A stretch of 63,246 bases of DNA, counting the filler, from Rhabdomonas costata (Eukaryota), in NCBI GenBank assembly GCA_019059605.1. It is 40 parts of 40 records of this genome, joined end to end, with 100 filler letters (N's around TTAATTAATTAA, not from the genome) between each part and the next. Parts side by side here need not be neighbours in the genome. Positions count along the whole stretch, not along the records: positions 60,180 to 61,662 come from JAHMHO010014810.1; positions 61,763 to 63,246 come from JAHMHO010014811.1; 38 more parts are not named here. One strand, given 5' to 3'. The number at the start of each line of letters is the position of its first letter. Position 1 is the stretch's first letter. Under the pieces are notes generated by a model. It was not told where the DNA came from and did not search any database. It saw only the letters and a list, made by a program, of their open reading frames with translations. This document shows positions 61,660 to 63,246 of this stretch, in pieces. The position numbers and the translations under genes are program-made.

Positions 61660-63246
61660 CCANNNNNNNNNNNNNNNNNNNNNNNNNNNNNNNNNNNNNN
61701 NNNNNNTTAATTAATTAANNNNNNNNNNNNNNNNNNNNNNNNNNNNNNNNNNNNNNNNNNNNGTGGTTGGTGAGTGTCTGCGAGTCGAGGGTGCATTGGG
61801 TTCGCGTGTGTGGGGTTGGGGTTCGTGCGTCTTCGGGGCTGGTTTCGGGGTCGGGTTCTTGATGCCGTTTGGCGGAGGTGGTATTCGCTTTCTGGGTTCT
61901 GGTGTCTGGGTTCGGGGTTATGGATGCCGTATGGCGGAGGTGGTATTCGGGGTCAGGGTTCGGGGTCAGGGCTTCGCGTTTCGTGGGTGCAGGGTTTCGG
62001 TTCCTCAGTAGGCGGTGTGGGTGATGCTTGTGGTGGTATTCTGTGCTTCCTGTGTGCCAGTGAGTCGGTGTTGGGTTCGTGGGTCGGAGTCGCGGTTTCG
62101 GTGGTGGGGTCTGTGCGTGGGTTCTGTGCTTGTGTAGTGCTTGTGAGGTGATGCTGTGGTGCTGGCGTGGGTTTCGTTGGTGGGTGCTGGTTCTTTGCGT
62201 GTGCGTGTTGCTTTTGGCATTCGGTCCTTCTGCATAGGTGGTTTCGGCCTTCTCGGTTTGTCGAGGTTTCGGTTTCTATCGCTACGGATCTTCTTCTTCT
62301 ACATGTGTATACGGCTTGGTTGGACTTGGGTGGCGCGTGGTGTTGAGCAGGTGCGGTTGGGTTGCTTGGTGTACTTTGGGGTGTCGGTATCGTTGGCTAG
62401 GTTGGGTTGGAGAGTTTGGGGCTGGGTGTGGGTGGGGCCGAGTGTGCGGGTGTTTCCTACGGTGCTTCTGGTGGGGATGATGTTGGGGTTCGTGGACATG
62501 CGGTGGTGCCTGGGGTCGAAGTGTGTGTTGCAGCGTTGTGGCTATGGGCGTGTGTTGCAGTGGTGTACTTGGTGCTTGATGTGTGCTTGCCTTTCGATGT
62601 GTCATTCTGGGTGTGGTGTTGCGGTATGGTGCTCTTTGTGACTCCGTTGTTGTGTCTTGGCTAGCGTGGGTGGGTGCAGATTGTGGGGTAGGTGGGTCAA
62701 GGTGTATCCGAGTGTGGTTCCAGTGGTGTCGTGGTTGGTGATGTGGCTTCTTGTGTGCAGGTGATTCGTGGTGGATGGGCGTTGGGGAATTGGGTGTAGC
62801 AGTGTGTGTAGTTCTGTGTGCGTATGTGGCTTGTGTTCGTGTTGCATGCTTTCTGTGTGGCTTCGTTCTGTGCGTTGTGGTCGTTAGCTGGGGCTGATGG
62901 TGCGTTAGGGGTCGTGTAGGGTATGCCGTTGGGCGGATTGGTGGGGTTGGGGCTTGGTGTTGGGGTTGCGTCGTTGCTGTAGGTGGGTCTCCAGGTCTTC
63001 GTGTACGTTTCGTTCTCCGTATCCTTCGCCTAGTAGTGTGCGTTCTCATAGTTTGCAGCTGTGGGTTCGTGCGGGTTTCCGATCACTCCTTCCTATCCGG
63101 CTTTGCACTCCCAAGTTAGTATCCAGGCCTTCAGGTTTCGGCATTCGGTCTTCGGGTTCATGCGTATGCTTCCTCTCGCTTTGTGTCTCTAGCGCTTCCT
63201 TTACGTACCTGTCGATGCAACCATGCTCCTGTCAACCAAACCCCAC

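Noticed and set aside
1480..61762. Regularly spaced TTAATTAATTAA units as a CRISPR-like or biological repeat array
   Set aside because: They are N-padded artificial linkers. ORFs ending in X...LIN are artefacts, and cross-spacer gene clusters are meaningless.
62282..63049. 255-aa His/Thr/Pro-rich ORF
   Set aside because: A by-product of the extreme C/A skew on that strand, with no codon or domain signal.

Overview
This window is not one locus. It is 40 unlinked contigs of about 1.47-1.52 kb joined by 39 artificial 100-nt spacers (N44-TTAATTAATTAA-N44), so neighbourhood across spacers means nothing. The DNA is a fragmentary, intron-rich eukaryotic nuclear assembly. A six-exon articulin-type (VPV-repeat) gene points to a euglenid (inference). 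Every intron I could close by reading-frame continuity is a conventional GT-AG intron. Contig ends carry G/T-only primer remnants (GGGTGTGTTTGG) and fold-back inversions typical of degenerate-primer whole-genome amplification. Recognisable gene fragments: a CaMK-like kinase, two EGF-like surface proteins, a disintegrin-repeat protein, a four-domain Ca/Na-type channel pore loop, four cyclase-related fragments, a VIT-domain protein, AK9-like adenylate kinase, TTLL, HMCES/SRAP, MORN, F-box/LRR, EF-hand, TPR, and a stop-interrupted FAMeT-domain frame. Hidden across frameshifts are remnants of up to three retroelement types (DIRS-like RT-RNase H, non-LTR RT, REL endonuclease). A ~400-bp dispersed repeat occurs in two contigs. 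I found no rRNA, tRNA, SL RNA or CRISPR, and I cannot support a new multi-gene system. All family calls are by-eye motif recognition, not database results.
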